Positions 63,335 through 64,000 of a stretch of 64,000 bases of DNA are shown here, piece by piece. The DNA lies in assembly GCA_030386295.1 (NCBI GenBank), contig JANQAO010000004.1, positions 11,131 through 75,130 of the forward strand, written 5' to 3'. The DNA comes from Candidatus Doriopsillibacter californiensis (GTDB taxonomy: Bacteria > Pseudomonadota > Gammaproteobacteria > Tethybacterales > Persebacteraceae). The notes beneath the pieces were generated by a model. The model made no database searches, was not told where the DNA came from, and saw nothing but the letters and a program-made list of their open reading frames with translations. Each line of letters opens with the position of its first letter. The stretch's first letter is position 1. A program made the position numbers and the translations under genes.

Positions 63335-64000
63335 TCAGCGGCAAAAGTTGTCAGTTGCTTCGGTGATTGCAGTGGCAATACCCGGTTCATTGGCGGCATG
63401 ACCGGCATCATTCACAAGTATGAGCTTGGCTTGAGACCAGCGGCGCGACAGTTCCCATGCGGTTTTTGCTGGCGTTATTACGTCATAGCGCCCCTGCACA
63501 ATCACTCCGGGAATGGTAGCTAATTTGTATGCATTGTCCAGTAGTTGCCCGTCGTGGGAAAAAAAGCCGGCGTTAACAAAATAATGGCTTTCTATACGCG
63601 CAAAAGCCAAGGCAAAATCTGTATCAGAAAAATCTTCAACCCGTGTTGGATTGGGCGAAAAAGATAGTGTTGCCGCTTCCCATCGGCTCCAAGCACGAGC
63701 ACAGACAATCTTTATTTTTTCGTCATCGCCAGTTAATCGGCGGTGATAGGCGCTGATGATATCGCCGCGCTCTGCCGGTGGGATGGGTGCGATAAATTCC
63801 TCCCACAAATCTGGAAATAGCCAATTTGCCCCTTCTTGATAAAACCACAGCAATTCACGGCGACGCAGGGTGAATATGCCGCGCACAATTATTTCACTGA
63901 CTGCCCTTGGATGCGTTTGCGCATACGCCAGTGCCAAGCTGCTACCCCAAGAGCCACCACAAACCAGCCATTTGTCAATTTTCAAATAATGGCGCAATAT
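63335..64000 (-). CDS. pip: proline iminopeptidase (S33 alpha/beta hydrolase), C-terminal part; the N-terminus lies beyond the window
   Basis: It has GGSWGSSLALAYAQTHP, the nucleophile elbow GxSxG, and a downstream His region typical of prolyl aminopeptidases. The frame is still open at the window edge. Confidence 0.7.
   Translation of the reverse strand: MLRHYLKIDKWLVCGGSWGSSLALAYAQTHPRAVSEIIVRGIFTLRRRELLWFYQEGANWLFPDLWEEFIAPIPPAERGDIISAYHRRLTGDDEKIKIVCARAWSRWEAATLSFSPNPTRVEDFSDTDFALAFARIESHYFVNAGFFSHDGQLLDNAYKLATIPGVIVQGRYDVITPAKTAWELSRRWSQAKLILVNDAGHAANEPGIATAITEATDNFCR

Overview
The window reads as an ordinary gammaproteobacterial core-chromosome segment with Pseudomonas-, Thiotrichales- or Legionellales-like gene order. 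It is a dense set of housekeeping genes on both strands, and GC content varies (about 40-55%). There are five tRNAs and one 16S rRNA gene.

- **Left part (1-32.5 kb):** uppP, rpmE, and prfB with its programmed +1 frameshift. A DegT aminotransferase and a GT-C-like membrane protein flank prfB. Then ftsB-eno, acnA, and a 1.3 kb gene-free gap, followed by ubiH-pepP-rhodanese and tRNA-Lys. Next come an unknown lipoprotein coupled to ksgA-pdxA-surA, grxD, argH, dacB, the DUF3108-like-purN-purM run, an AI-2E permease, hda, the divergent selD/selU pair, a UbiJ-like SCP2 protein, phaR, ubiE, and a gshA-like/Ppx-like pair.
- **str/spc-type region (32.8-46.3 kb):** tRNA-Tyr, tRNA-Gly, tRNA-Thr, tuf, tRNA-Trp, secE, nusG, rplK, rplA, rplJ, rplL, rpoB and rpoC.
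- **Right part (46.3-64 kb):** a lower-GC proU/opuA-type ABC transporter, then a 16S rRNA gene with no 23S, 5S or spacer tRNAs downstream. A tight four-gene operon follows: RnfD-like, RnfG-like, a DAO-family flavoprotein and a UbiH-family monooxygenase. After it are two tandem ~1000-aa single-pass membrane-anchored all-TPR proteins, a coq7 gene translationally coupled to a lone glcF-like Fe-S subunit, and a partial proline iminopeptidase.

I found no CRISPR array, transposase, integrase or obvious defence system. The leads most worth a second look are the RnfDG-plus-two-flavoenzymes operon, the giant TPR pair, the coq7/glcF-like coupling, the unlinked 16S, and the UAA-type RF2 frameshift site.
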